64,000 nucleotides of DNA from Patescibacteria group bacterium (GCA_049325535.1 JBMOKY010000001.1:93002-157001); one strand, 5' to 3'. Positions 48,919 to 58,851 are shown, counted from the first letter of the stretch. A program made the numbers and translations. Notes: a model not told the origin generated them from the sequence alone.

Positions 48919-49458
48919 ATGCGATACCGACGTATTACCGAGCCAAAACCCACGCCGTGGGATGACTATGACGAGGGTGAGACACTCGGTGAGATAATCC
49001 GTTTGGGGATGTGTATTTGCATCCTGTGGCTGGGAGACCGGTGGCGAACTATCGTCCGCTGGGCACTCGTCCTCGGGACGCTGATCATCATGTATCAGAG
49101 TCTCCATCATCCGCTGGCGCAGTTCGGCGCCTTGGCCGGAGTGGTCATTCTGAGCGGACTCAGTTATGTTCTGACCGCGGCTGGACTGGAAAACCAGAAC
49201 TGTGCCACGGTTTCCACTTTTTCTCTATGGCAGCGCCACGGATCGATGAAGGGACACCTGCTCAGTGCTGGCCTGGTCATGGTCAGCGTGGTTGGCCTGT
49301 GTCTGGTCATCAATGCTATCGGGTCGGTCAGCGTCAATCCCTGGGGGATCATAGCCACGGGGCTCGGGTATCCAGCACTTATCCTGCTGGTGGGGTATCT
49401 GACGGTGGCCAGTCACGCCCGGTTCGTTTCTCGGGAGGATTTCCTTCGCTCACAGTAG
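48919..49458 (+). CDS. Hypothetical membrane protein (~4 TM)
   Basis: AAGGAGG SD; TTGACA promoter at 48842; downstream hairpin plus T-run. Confidence 0.7.
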   Translation: MRYRRITEPKPTPWDDYDEGETLGEIIRLGMCICILWLGDRWRTIVRWALVLGTLIIMYQSLHHPLAQFGALAGVVILSGLSYVLTAAGLENQNCATVSTFSLWQRHGSMKGHLLSAGLVMVSVVGLCLVINAIGSVSVNPWGIIATGLGYPALILLVGYLTVASHARFVSREDFLRSQ

Positions 49459-49571
49459 CGAATATCGCACTTCGCTCCAACTGGGTGCCCGGATGGCATC
49501 CAGTTTTTTTATTGATTGACTTTTACCCAAAAAAGTGCTAAAATATATTCACTCACTAAAGCACTGCAGCT

Positions 49572-51044
49572 ATGGCGGAGGAGCAAGCGGCTGTAACACA
49601 AAAACCACAAATAACGAAACCAAAAACCGCGGATGATATCCAGCTGGAAACTGATATCGCCCGGCTTGGTGCTGAGGAAAAATTAAAACGACTGCGCTGG
49701 TCGGTGGCCGTTCGCTACATCATGATTACGGCCGTCTGCGTCATTACCCTGGTGGCCTATGAGGTCGGGTTCAATTTTGATTTGATTGGAGTGCTGATCG
49801 CGGCGACCATCGCGTTCATTTTCAATCTGACGTCGAATCTGGTCTACCAAAACGTGTTTTATCCGAAGTTTTGGCCGTACATCGGCATCTATCTCGACAT
49901 GATTGTCATTACGTTGATTGTACATGCTACCGGCGGTGTTGAAAGCATTTTTGTTCCACTCTATTTGCTCCAGCTCGTGGGTACCAATGTCCATTTCAGC
50001 GCGCTGGCCGCACCGATGAATCTCGTTTTCGGCGGAGCGCTTTTTGTCGCTCTGATCACCGGTGAGTATGCCGGATGGCTGCCCCACACCACCACCGGTG
50101 TTTTTCTCGAGCCGCTCTATCTGAATCAAAAATACCTTTTTGGCATGGCGCTGGCCATGATCAGTCTGATGGGCATCAGTACCTATCGCAGCGGCTATGT
50201 CGTGCGGAGCCTGTCTACCGTAGAGGCGGAACTGTTGAAGGCAAACCATGAATTAGTCCGGTTAAATAAAATTTATTCCCGCGTCAACCGTCGGCTGAAA
50301 GAGATTGACCAGATGAAAACCGAGTTCATCTCCGTGGCGTCGCATCAGATGCGTACTCCGCTGTCCGGCGTCAAATGGGTGCTGCGGATGATTTTGGACG
50401 GCGACCTCGGTGAGCTGAACCAGCAGCAGCATGAAATGCTGCTCAAGGGGTATGAGACCAACGAGCGTATGATTTTGCTCATCAATGATTTGCTGAATGT
50501 TTCCCGTATCGAGGAGGGGCGATTCCAGTATCGTTTTGTTCATGCGTCACTCGAGGAGGTAGTGCTGCGTATTCGTGCTGATTTGGAGCCGGTCATCCAA
50601 AAGCGCGGCGTCAAAATGAAATATGACAGACCTGAACCTCCCTTGCCGAAAGTCAATATTGATCCGGATAAAATTCGCCTGGCAGTACAAAATTTGACAG
50701 ACAACGCTATTAAATATACCCCGCCGGGCGGCACGGTGACGCTCCGAACCTACGAAGAACACGGGCAGCTCATATTTAGCGTGCAGGATACGGGCGTCGG
50801 GATACCTGTCGATCAGCAGGGGCGCATCTTCTCCAAATTTTTCCGGGCGGATAATGTTATCCGCATGCAGACTGACGGCTCCGGCCTCGGTTTGTTCATA
50901 GCAAAAAATATCGTGGAGAACCACCGGGGTACTATTTGGTTTGAGAGCAATGAGGGCAAAGGCACGACATTTTATTTTTCACTGCCTCTGCATGACGCTA
51001 CCGTTTCGGAAACCCAGTTTGATCAATTTATTAAGAGTATCTAA
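49572..51044 (+). CDS. Membrane-bound sensor histidine kinase
   Basis: ~6 TM helices; H-box ASHQMRTPL; N-box NLTDNAIKY; DTGVGI, GSGLGL. Confidence 0.96.
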   Translation: MAEEQAAVTQKPQITKPKTADDIQLETDIARLGAEEKLKRLRWSVAVRYIMITAVCVITLVAYEVGFNFDLIGVLIAATIAFIFNLTSNLVYQNVFYPKFWPYIGIYLDMIVITLIVHATGGVESIFVPLYLLQLVGTNVHFSALAAPMNLVFGGALFVALITGEYAGWLPHTTTGVFLEPLYLNQKYLFGMALAMISLMGISTYRSGYVVRSLSTVEAELLKANHELVRLNKIYSRVNRRLKEIDQMKTEFISVASHQMRTPLSGVKWVLRMILDGDLGELNQQQHEMLLKGYETNERMILLINDLLNVSRIEEGRFQYRFVHASLEEVVLRIRADLEPVIQKRGVKMKYDRPEPPLPKVNIDPDKIRLAVQNLTDNAIKYTPPGGTVTLRTYEEHGQLIFSVQDTGVGIPVDQQGRIFSKFFRADNVIRMQTDGSGLGLFIAKNIVENHRGTIWFESNEGKGTTFYFSLPLHDATVSETQFDQFIKSI

Positions 51045-51050
51045 GTACGT

Positions 51051-51758
51051 ATGACATTTCCTCTGGTGCCATTGATTGACCTGGCGAATAGCATCATCTG
51101 CGGGTTTGCCAGCTTCCGTCTCTATCGGGCATACCAGCGCGATCCTTCGAACCGTGTGCTCTATTTCTTTGCCCAGGGGTATCTCGCGGTCGTCGTGTCG
51201 TACATTTTTTTCTCCATTCCCCGCATATTCCTGTGGGACGATTCGATGGCCATCGCAATCGGATTCATCGTGGCGCAGGCATTTCTCTATTTGTCAGTTG
51301 CATTTTTTTCGAAAGTATCGATGTTTTTCATACAAGTACAGCGGATGCGCCTGGTATTTTGGTTGGTCATACTCTTGTCTACGATTGCCGTCATCCTCAG
51401 CATCATATTCATCGGGCAGCCGGTGTATGATCCGGCGACTAGCATCACCAGCTGGGACATCCATCCCGCGGTCAGCTATTCCAGTTTGATTGTCCTGGGT
51501 GGCGTATTGGTTTGGAGTATGTTCTTTTTCTTCTGGCAGGGCATCCGCACACAGCACCGGCTGGTGAAAATTCGATCGATCATCATTGCTATAGGCTTGC
51601 TGCTGCTCATCGTGACTGCGTATACATATTATGGTGCCATTACCCCGCTCGGGGTGCTCGTTTCTGACCTATTTTCACTTGTGTCGTATCTCGTCATATT
51701 TTTTGGTATAATCTATGGGAGAGAGACACCGGCTGTTTCATCCAATCATCCACGATAA
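51051..51758 (+). CDS. Stand-alone 7TM membrane protein
   Basis: About seven hydrophobic helices; between kinase and regulator. Confidence 0.75.
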   Translation: MTFPLVPLIDLANSIICGFASFRLYRAYQRDPSNRVLYFFAQGYLAVVVSYIFFSIPRIFLWDDSMAIAIGFIVAQAFLYLSVAFFSKVSMFFIQVQRMRLVFWLVILLSTIAVILSIIFIGQPVYDPATSITSWDIHPAVSYSSLIVLGGVLVWSMFFFFWQGIRTQHRLVKIRSIIIAIGLLLLIVTAYTYYGAITPLGVLVSDLFSLVSYLVIFFGIIYGRETPAVSSNHPR

Positions 51759-51761
51759 TAT

Positions 51762-52565
51762 ATGACCGATCATAAAGCTACCATTCTCATCATCGAGGAC
51801 GAAGAAATCCTGGTTGATGTCCTCTCGAAAAAGCTCGAGCAGGAAGGGTATCAGGTATACACCGCCGGTGATGGCATCGCGGGATTGGCGCTGGTTGATC
51901 AGGTCAAACCAGATATGATCCTGCTCGATATTCTGATGCCGAAGATGGATGGGTATGAGGTGCTCAGTTCACTGAAAACGAAGTATGGATCGCAGATGCC
52001 CCCGGTCATGGTCATCTCCAATTCCGGACAGCCGGTGGAGCTGGAGAAGGTCAAAGCGCTGGGTGCGCAGGACTACATCATCAAAGCTCAATTTACCCCG
52101 GAGGAAGTACTTCAGAAGGTAACCGGACTGCTGGGAAACATCAGTGCTGGTGCTCAATCAGCGCCGCCGAGCGCAGCCCCCCAGACGCGGATACTGATTG
52201 TGGAAGACGACCAGTTTTTGCGGGATTTACTCATGACTAAGCTGACCAAAGAACAATTCAATGTCACAGCTGCCATCGATGGCCCAGCCGGCCTGGAAAA
52301 AATTCTCAAAGAGCGGCCCGACATAGTGCTGCTTGATATCATCATGCCCGGGATGGATGGGTTTGAAATACTCAAGCGCATCCGTTCCAATAGCGACATG
52401 CAGATCGCCCGGACACCGGTCATTCTCCTGTCAAATCTGGGTCAGGAGGCGGATGTGGAAAAAGGGCGCAATCTCGGCGCAAACGATTATTTGATCAAGT
52501 CGAATTTCACCATCGATGAAATCATCGAAAAAATCCAGAAGACGCTGAGCGCAACTACTACATAA
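51762..52565 (+). CDS. Response regulator with two receiver domains and no output domain
   Basis: IIEDE...LLDILMPKMDG...K and IVEDD...LLDIIMPGMDG...K. Confidence 0.93.
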   Translation: MTDHKATILIIEDEEILVDVLSKKLEQEGYQVYTAGDGIAGLALVDQVKPDMILLDILMPKMDGYEVLSSLKTKYGSQMPPVMVISNSGQPVELEKVKALGAQDYIIKAQFTPEEVLQKVTGLLGNISAGAQSAPPSAAPQTRILIVEDDQFLRDLLMTKLTKEQFNVTAAIDGPAGLEKILKERPDIVLLDIIMPGMDGFEILKRIRSNSDMQIARTPVILLSNLGQEADVEKGRNLGANDYLIKSNFTIDEIIEKIQKTLSATTT

Positions 52566-52643
52566 CGCCACCGTACTTATTCAAAACTACCCGGCTTCTC
52601 GTGAGAGGCAGGGTGGTTTTATATTTCTGTACCCGGGCAGGAT

Positions 52644-53960
52644 CTAGAGGTAGCTCAGCGGGTTTACCGTGGCGCCATTGATACGCACCTCAAAGTGAAT
52701 ATGGGGTCCGGTGCACCATCCGGTGCAGCCGACCATACCGATGGTCTGCCCGCGCGACACGTAGTCTCCGACCTGGACAAACATCTTTGAATGGTGGGCA
52801 TAGAGCGTCGTCATACCGTTTCCATGGTCGACGATGATACGATTCCCATATCCGCTGCCCCAGCCGACGGCAGTGACGCGCCCATCATCGGCCGCGTAGG
52901 TCGGCGAGCTGTACGAGCCGGTGATATCCAGTCCGGCATGACCCCATTTGTAGTATTGGCTGATATTGTGACCCGACGTTGGCCAGGTGAGTTTGCCCGG
53001 ACTCCCGGCGGCAGTGGAATTTGCTGGGATATTCACGGAAGCCAGTCGGCTGCCCGTAGATGGCTGGGGCACCACGGTCGGTTTGGGTGGCTCGATCTCT
53101 CCGTTTGGAATGATGAGGATCTGATCTTTTTCGATATCCGATGCGTTGACGAGTTTATTGAATTCAATGATTTCATTTTCGTCTGCTTTAAATTCTTTCG
53201 CGATGCCAGCCAGCGTTTCGCCGCTTTTGATCTGATGGGAGACTCCTGACACTGGCAGAATCGTCAGTGTATCGCCTGGTTTGATGAAATCACGCGGTCC
53301 GAGTTTGTTTTCCCACAGGATAGTATCCGTCGAGATGTTGAATTTTTCCGCGATAGTACTGACGGTATCGCCGCCCTCCACCTGGTAATAGGTTACTGCC
53401 TCCCGGGGACGATTACCGATGGTGGTACTGGACAGATTCGGATTGATCAGCGCGCCACTTCCGGCCAGGAGGACATCATTGCCACCGCTGTTGCCATTGG
53501 TTCGCGATTGATTGGCACCATCCAGGGTGGTGACAACACCGGTATCTCGAAAATACTCTGGTGCCATAGCGACCGTCGTCAGCGCTGATTCCTTGATATC
53601 GACGTCTTGGAGGTCGGTAGTCATAGCGCCGAGCAACATGTCATCGCCGAATTCTTCCGCTCGGGTTTCACGGATGACAAAATTATTAAAAATGACCGCG
53701 ATGGCGACCACGGCGAGGACGACATGAATCGTCGATTTGTTCATCAGTGGGTAAATAATTTTGTTTTTTGCCGGCGCAAAGATAATAGACAGCCGGTTGC
53801 GCGCTGCCCGATACCATCGGTACAGGTGGACGAATACGTGACGAAATAAAAAGCGCGCCACCAGTCGGAGTGGACGCACGAGTATCCAGTTGAGTATCGT
53901 CCCGAGTGCTGCGCCCACAAACATGATGCCCTCAAGCAGGCGGAGCAGGCCAGTCACCAT
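52644..53960 (-). CDS. LysM x2 + M23 peptidase (peptidoglycan hydrolase)
   Basis: YQVEGGDTVSTIA, HQIKSGETLAGIA; HAGLDI, YAHH, TGPHIHFEV; start approximate. Confidence 0.92.
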   Translation of the reverse strand: MVTGLLRLLEGIMFVGAALGTILNWILVRPLRLVARFLFRHVFVHLYRWYRAARNRLSIIFAPAKNKIIYPLMNKSTIHVVLAVVAIAVIFNNFVIRETRAEEFGDDMLLGAMTTDLQDVDIKESALTTVAMAPEYFRDTGVVTTLDGANQSRTNGNSGGNDVLLAGSGALINPNLSSTTIGNRPREAVTYYQVEGGDTVSTIAEKFNISTDTILWENKLGPRDFIKPGDTLTILPVSGVSHQIKSGETLAGIAKEFKADENEIIEFNKLVNASDIEKDQILIIPNGEIEPPKPTVVPQPSTGSRLASVNIPANSTAAGSPGKLTWPTSGHNISQYYKWGHAGLDITGSYSSPTYAADDGRVTAVGWGSGYGNRIIVDHGNGMTTLYAHHSKMFVQVGDYVSRGQTIGMVGCTGWCTGPHIHFEVRINGATVNPLSYL

Positions 53961-54216
53961 GATGGATTTGATGCGGAGGGTGATAGGGGGTAAGCGTAAA
54001 AAATTAGCTGTAGTTCCGTTATTTTGCCAATATGGCATCACGGTCAAGTTTCAATTGCCAACGATACCATGTCTGGCGGTCAGTGTCAATCCGCTGGTAC
54101 CAGACAGTCGGCACGCACGGGATATCCCACAGTACGAGATGGTGTATCCGGTGATGGGCAGAGCATATCATGAACGCCTTGAATCCCGAGGGGTGAAATG
54201 ATACAGTGAGCGTATT

Positions 54217-57200
54217 ATGGCTAGTCAGTATCATCATCAGGAAGTGGAGCGCCGGTGGCAGCAGGCCTGGGAAAGGGATGGCGTCTTTCGGGTGTCTGAC
54301 GATCAGCTGGTCAATCCGCAGTATGTCCTAGACATGTTTCCCTATCCGTCAGCCCAGGGGCTACATGTCGGGCACCCAGAAGGCTATACCGCGTCCGACA
54401 TTTACGCGCGTTTTTTGCGCGCCCGGGGCAAGTCCGTACTGCACCCGATGGGGTTTGATTCATTCGGTCTGCCCGCAGAGAATTATGCCATCAAAACCGG
54501 CACCCACCCGGCAAAAACCACCGCGGACAATATCGAAAACATGCGCCGGCAGATCAAAAGTCTGGGGTTTTCCTATGACTGGGAGCGAGAAGTCATCACC
54601 TCTGATCCGAAGTATTATCAATGGACGCAGTGGATTTTTATTCAATTATTTAAACACGGACTGGCCTACGAGGCTGACGCGCCGATCAACTGGTGCCCAA
54701 AGGATAAGACCGGCCTGGCCAATGAAGAAGTCGTTGACGGCAAATGCGAACGCTGCGGCGCTGCGGTGACCAAGAAGCAGATCAAACAGTGGCTGGTCAA
54801 GATCACTGATGAAAAATATATTGAGCGGCTATTGCACGGCCTCGACGATCTCGACTGGCCAGAGTCGATCAAGACGTTGCAGCGAAACTGGATTGGGCGG
54901 AGCGAAGGAGCGGAGATACAATTTCCAATTTCCAATTCTCAAATTCCAAAAAAATCTAAAGCATCAAATGTAAATTCTCAAAACAACAACCCGGTTATTA
55001 CCGTTTTTACCACCCGACCGGACACACTATTCGGCGCGACGTACATGGTGCTGTCACCGGAACATGAATTAGTTGACGCGATTACGACTGACAAGCAGCG
55101 GAAAGCAGTTGACCAGTATAAAAAAGAAGCGGCGGCAAAATCAGATCTGGAGCGGACCGATTTAGCGAAAGATAAGACGGGGGTATTTACCGGCGCGTAT
55201 GCTATCAATCCGGCTACTCATAAAAAAATTCCCATATGGATTGCTGACTATGTGTTGAGTAGTTATGGCACCGGCGCCATCATGGCCGTGCCGGCGCACG
55301 ATGAACGGGATCACGCCTTTGCGCAGAAATATACATTGCCGATCATCCAGGTCATCAAACCTCCGCGCGTCATGCCAAAGATGAGTCCGCCGCTCGGGAG
55401 CGCGGCCGCCTGGGGGATGCAGGACAGCGATGTGGAGTACACGTGCTGGACAGGTGATGGAGAGATGGTGAATTCAGGTGAATTTGATGGCATGGACTCA
55501 GTGGAATTCAAGAAAAAAATAGTTGCATGGCTGGCCCATAAAAGTGCTGGGAGAACTTGTCTGGTTATTCACGGGTTGAGCGGACATAAACGGGAGAATT
55601 GGTTCCCCTGGCTCAAGGATGAATTGAAAAAGCGCGGTTGGAATCCCATCGTACCGACCATGCCAGGCGCTGGGCATCCGACGCAGGATGGTTGGGAAAA
55701 GGAAATGGCCACGCATGATCAGGAAATCAATGAGCGTTCGTTTCTTGTAGGACATAGTCTGGGTTGTGCGGCTATTCTCTATCATTTACAGCAGAAAGGT
55801 CAGCAGGTGGATACCGTGATTTTGGTGGCGCCGACGAATCCTTTACAGAAATGGGAGCAGCTTAAAAAAAATCATCCGAGCGCCGATTGGGACGCGGTCA
55901 TGAGCATGAATCAGGAAGGTGCGTATGATTGGCAGAAAATAAAATCACTGGCTCGGCGCTTTGTCATAGTGTATTCAGATAATGATCCGTACGTTGATCA
56001 GGAGAGTATTGAATACTACAAGTTACATTTGCCAGAAGCTGAATATCACCTCTATCCAGGCAAGTCGCATTTCAGCGAAACGACCGGCGGTATCACCGCA
56101 TTGCCTGAGATACTGCAGTTTTTCCCACTGGAGCCTCTGGCCAAGGTGGCGATCAACTACAAACTCCGCGATTGGCTGTTTAGCCGCCAGCGGTATTGGG
56201 GCGAACCGATTCCGATTGTCCACTGTGAGCAGTGTAAAGAGAATGTGGAATCAACACCGTGGATTTTACATTTCTATGAAACGCCATTTCGTAAAATTCT
56301 CAGTGGTGAAAAAACAATTGAGACGCGCGCGCTCAATCCTGATGAACCAGACCGTTATTTCGCTGATATTCAAGCAGGCGATGTCATCAAGGGTGTGTTG
56401 AAAGGTACAAATGAATCATTGTATCTGCGAGTTACGAAACAATATCAGTTCAGAAATCTCGAAGAGTTTCACCAGCACAGAGATTTACTCGGGAAGCTGC
56501 GGGCACATTTTGATCCCACGCTCGAGGAGCTGAAGGAGTTTTATGCGCTCACACCCGACTATGTAGACCGAATCCAAAAAAACGGCTTAGTTGCCTGGGA
56601 GTTTATTCGTATACAGCCAGGGCAGGTGCCCGTTCCTGAGGATCAACTCCCGCTGGAATTACCCGACGTGGAGAAATACGAACCCACCGGTACCGGGCAG
56701 TCCCCGCTGGCCGCCATTACCGACTGGGTGAATACCACCTGCCCGGAGTGCGGCGGATCAGCCAAGCGCGAGACTAATACGATGCCCCAGTGGGCTGGAT
56801 CAAACTGGTATTTTCTCCGCTATTGCGATCCGCACAATGATACCCAACTGGCCGATCCTGAGAAATTAAAAAAATGGTTGCCGGTAAATATGTACATCGG
56901 TGGCGCAGAGCACGCGGTGCTTCATTTACTGTACGCACGGTTTATCTATATGTTCCTCTATGATATTGGTACAGTACCGCAGGAATGCGGTGAGGAGCCG
57001 TTTATCGTTCTCAAGAACCAAGGCCTAATCATGGGTGAAGACGGGCAGAAGATGTCGAAGTCGCGGGGGAATGTGATCAATCCCGATGACGTGGTGCGAG
57101 AGTATGGCGCGGACGTCCTGCGCATGTACGAGATGTTCATGGGGCCGTTTGAAGACGCCAAGCCATGGAGCACGCAGGGGATTGTCGGTGTACGGCGGTT

Positions 57201-57699
57201 TGTGGAGAAGGTATGGGAGTCACGGAAAAAAATTTCCACTGAGGATATTGAGGAACCGATGATCATGCATCAGACGATACGATCCGTCACTGAAAAAATT
57301 CCCGCATTCCGGTTTAATACGTGTATAAGTGATCTGATGAAATGGAGCAATGCGTGGGGCGAGCATATTGGTAAGAACGAATTTACTACATTCTTGAAAA
57401 TATTAGCCCCTTTCGCACCGCATTTGGCGCAGGAATTGTGGTATCAGCTTGGCCACGATGGGTATATTGAAAAAGAGCCGTGGCCGACGTTTGATAAATC
57501 AAAAATAGTGGAAACCGAAACAACCTATGCCGTACAAGTCAATGGCAAGCTGCGCGATATGATTACCGTAACCGCCGGAACCGAAGAAGCTGACGTGGTG
57601 TCTGCCGCTCGTGCCAGCGAGAAAGTCGACAAACATCTGACCGGCGAACCGAGGAAAACGATTTTTGTGAAAGACAAACTGGTGAATTTTGTCGGTTGA
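54217..57699 (+). CDS. leuS: Leucine--tRNA ligase with inserted alpha/beta-hydrolase and ASCH-like domains
   Basis: MFPYPS..GLHVGH, editing TTRPDT and GTGAIMAVPAHDERD, YKLRDWLFSRQRYWG, GGAEHAVLHLLY, KMSKS; 1160 aa. Confidence 0.97.
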   Translation: MASQYHHQEVERRWQQAWERDGVFRVSDDQLVNPQYVLDMFPYPSAQGLHVGHPEGYTASDIYARFLRARGKSVLHPMGFDSFGLPAENYAIKTGTHPAKTTADNIENMRRQIKSLGFSYDWEREVITSDPKYYQWTQWIFIQLFKHGLAYEADAPINWCPKDKTGLANEEVVDGKCERCGAAVTKKQIKQWLVKITDEKYIERLLHGLDDLDWPESIKTLQRNWIGRSEGAEIQFPISNSQIPKKSKASNVNSQNNNPVITVFTTRPDTLFGATYMVLSPEHELVDAITTDKQRKAVDQYKKEAAAKSDLERTDLAKDKTGVFTGAYAINPATHKKIPIWIADYVLSSYGTGAIMAVPAHDERDHAFAQKYTLPIIQVIKPPRVMPKMSPPLGSAAAWGMQDSDVEYTCWTGDGEMVNSGEFDGMDSVEFKKKIVAWLAHKSAGRTCLVIHGLSGHKRENWFPWLKDELKKRGWNPIVPTMPGAGHPTQDGWEKEMATHDQEINERSFLVGHSLGCAAILYHLQQKGQQVDTVILVAPTNPLQKWEQLKKNHPSADWDAVMSMNQEGAYDWQKIKSLARRFVIVYSDNDPYVDQESIEYYKLHLPEAEYHLYPGKSHFSETTGGITALPEILQFFPLEPLAKVAINYKLRDWLFSRQRYWGEPIPIVHCEQCKENVESTPWILHFYETPFRKILSGEKTIETRALNPDEPDRYFADIQAGDVIKGVLKGTNESLYLRVTKQYQFRNLEEFHQHRDLLGKLRAHFDPTLEELKEFYALTPDYVDRIQKNGLVAWEFIRIQPGQVPVPEDQLPLELPDVEKYEPTGTGQSPLAAITDWVNTTCPECGGSAKRETNTMPQWAGSNWYFLRYCDPHNDTQLADPEKLKKWLPVNMYIGGAEHAVLHLLYARFIYMFLYDIGTVPQECGEEPFIVLKNQGLIMGEDGQKMSKSRGNVINPDDVVREYGADVLRMYEMFMGPFEDAKPWSTQGIVGVRRFVEKVWESRKKISTEDIEEPMIMHQTIRSVTEKIPAFRFNTCISDLMKWSNAWGEHIGKNEFTTFLKILAPFAPHLAQELWYQLGHDGYIEKEPWPTFDKSKIVETETTYAVQVNGKLRDMITVTAGTEEADVVSAARASEKVDKHLTGEPRKTIFVKDKLVNFVG

Positions 57700-57732
57700 G
57701 ATTTCATAGCAATTCAGGCATACTTACTCGGC

Positions 57733-58224
57733 ATGACCCCGACTATTGATTTCATCTATAATTACGAATACGCCAAACGGATTCAGGGTCTGAACGACGA
57801 GCTGTTCGCTGATCCATGGCAGCGCATCATCCGCATCGGCGGGGATTTCGAGAAATTGTTTGATTCCCGTCTCGGCCGGATTCTGGAATTAGTCAGCCGG
57901 TACTCTGGGTACGAGTGGGACGCGCAGACTGATGCGTACATTCCGGTGTATATGATCGGTGCCGCTCCATCATTTGTCCAGCCGCTGTCGCTGGCCGTCG
58001 ATGAAGACGCTGAGGCGATGCTGACCGATTGTATCTACCAGTTGGCGCATCGCAATATGCATGTTGGTTTTCCCAGTGATGATGCCCGGCATCGGATGGT
58101 TACGGCGGTGACCGCCCATGTGCTGCGGGAACTCGGGGCAGAAACAGAACCGTCGCAGTTTGATCTGAATAAAAATCCAGCTAAACATTATATAGAATCA
58201 TCGCATGGACATCGTACGCATTGA
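57733..58224 (+). CDS. Hypothetical protein
   Basis: 163-aa ORF overlapping tsaC start; TTGAGA-N17-CATACT promoter 8 nt upstream. Confidence 0.7.
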   Translation: MTPTIDFIYNYEYAKRIQGLNDELFADPWQRIIRIGGDFEKLFDSRLGRILELVSRYSGYEWDAQTDAYIPVYMIGAAPSFVQPLSLAVDEDAEAMLTDCIYQLAHRNMHVGFPSDDARHRMVTAVTAHVLRELGAETEPSQFDLNKNPAKHYIESSHGHRTH

Positions 58225-58837
58225 TCTCAAACATCCTGAACGTGCCGTCATCGCCCAGGCTGCTCAGGTTTTGAAACAGGGTGGCGTGGTGGCGTACCCG
58301 ACTGACACTGCCTATGGTTTGGCTGCCGACGCGCTGAATGAAAACGCCATCGGCAAACTGTTCATCATCAAACGGCGGGTACAGAAGCCGCTGCCGGTCA
58401 TCGTCGATTCGCTGACCATGCTGAAACGGATTGCCGTGGTATCGGCAGCCGAAAAGAAGCTGATCGATACATATTGGCCGGGCGCGCTGACCATCATATT
58501 TACCAAAAAGGATTCCGTGCCCCCATTCCTTACGCTGGGACTGTCGACCGTGGGTATCCGCATCCCGGATTTAGCCGCGGCCAAAGCACTGGTGACCGCA
58601 GCCGGAACTCCACTCACCTCGACCAGCGCAAATATTAGCGGCAAGGGCAATTGCTATAGTGCTGAGTGCGTCCAGCGGATGTTCCAGGCAAATGATGCTC
58701 AGCCTGATTTGATCCTGGATGGCGGAGATTTACCTGAGGTGCCGGTTTCCACCGTCGTACGGGCGGAAAAAGACCGTATTACTATTATCCGCCAGGGCCC
58801 CATCGCCATTCGCGGCGCTGAAAAGGCGCACACATAA
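58205..58837 (+). CDS. tsaC: L-threonylcarbamoyladenylate synthase (TsaC/YrdC)
   Basis: VAYPTDTAYGL, K.R..KPL, WPGALT, TSTSANISG. Confidence 0.95.
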   Translation: MDIVRIDLKHPERAVIAQAAQVLKQGGVVAYPTDTAYGLAADALNENAIGKLFIIKRRVQKPLPVIVDSLTMLKRIAVVSAAEKKLIDTYWPGALTIIFTKKDSVPPFLTLGLSTVGIRIPDLAAAKALVTAAGTPLTSTSANISGKGNCYSAECVQRMFQANDAQPDLILDGGDLPEVPVSTVVRAEKDRITIIRQGPIAIRGAEKAHT

Positions 58838-58851
58838 ACCATTTTCAGCGT

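Noticed and set aside
55545-56620. Inteins as the explanation for the LeuRS insertions
   Set aside because: No Cys/Ser-start block with a terminal His-Asn and no LAGLIDADG motifs; the inserts look like hydrolase and ASCH domains
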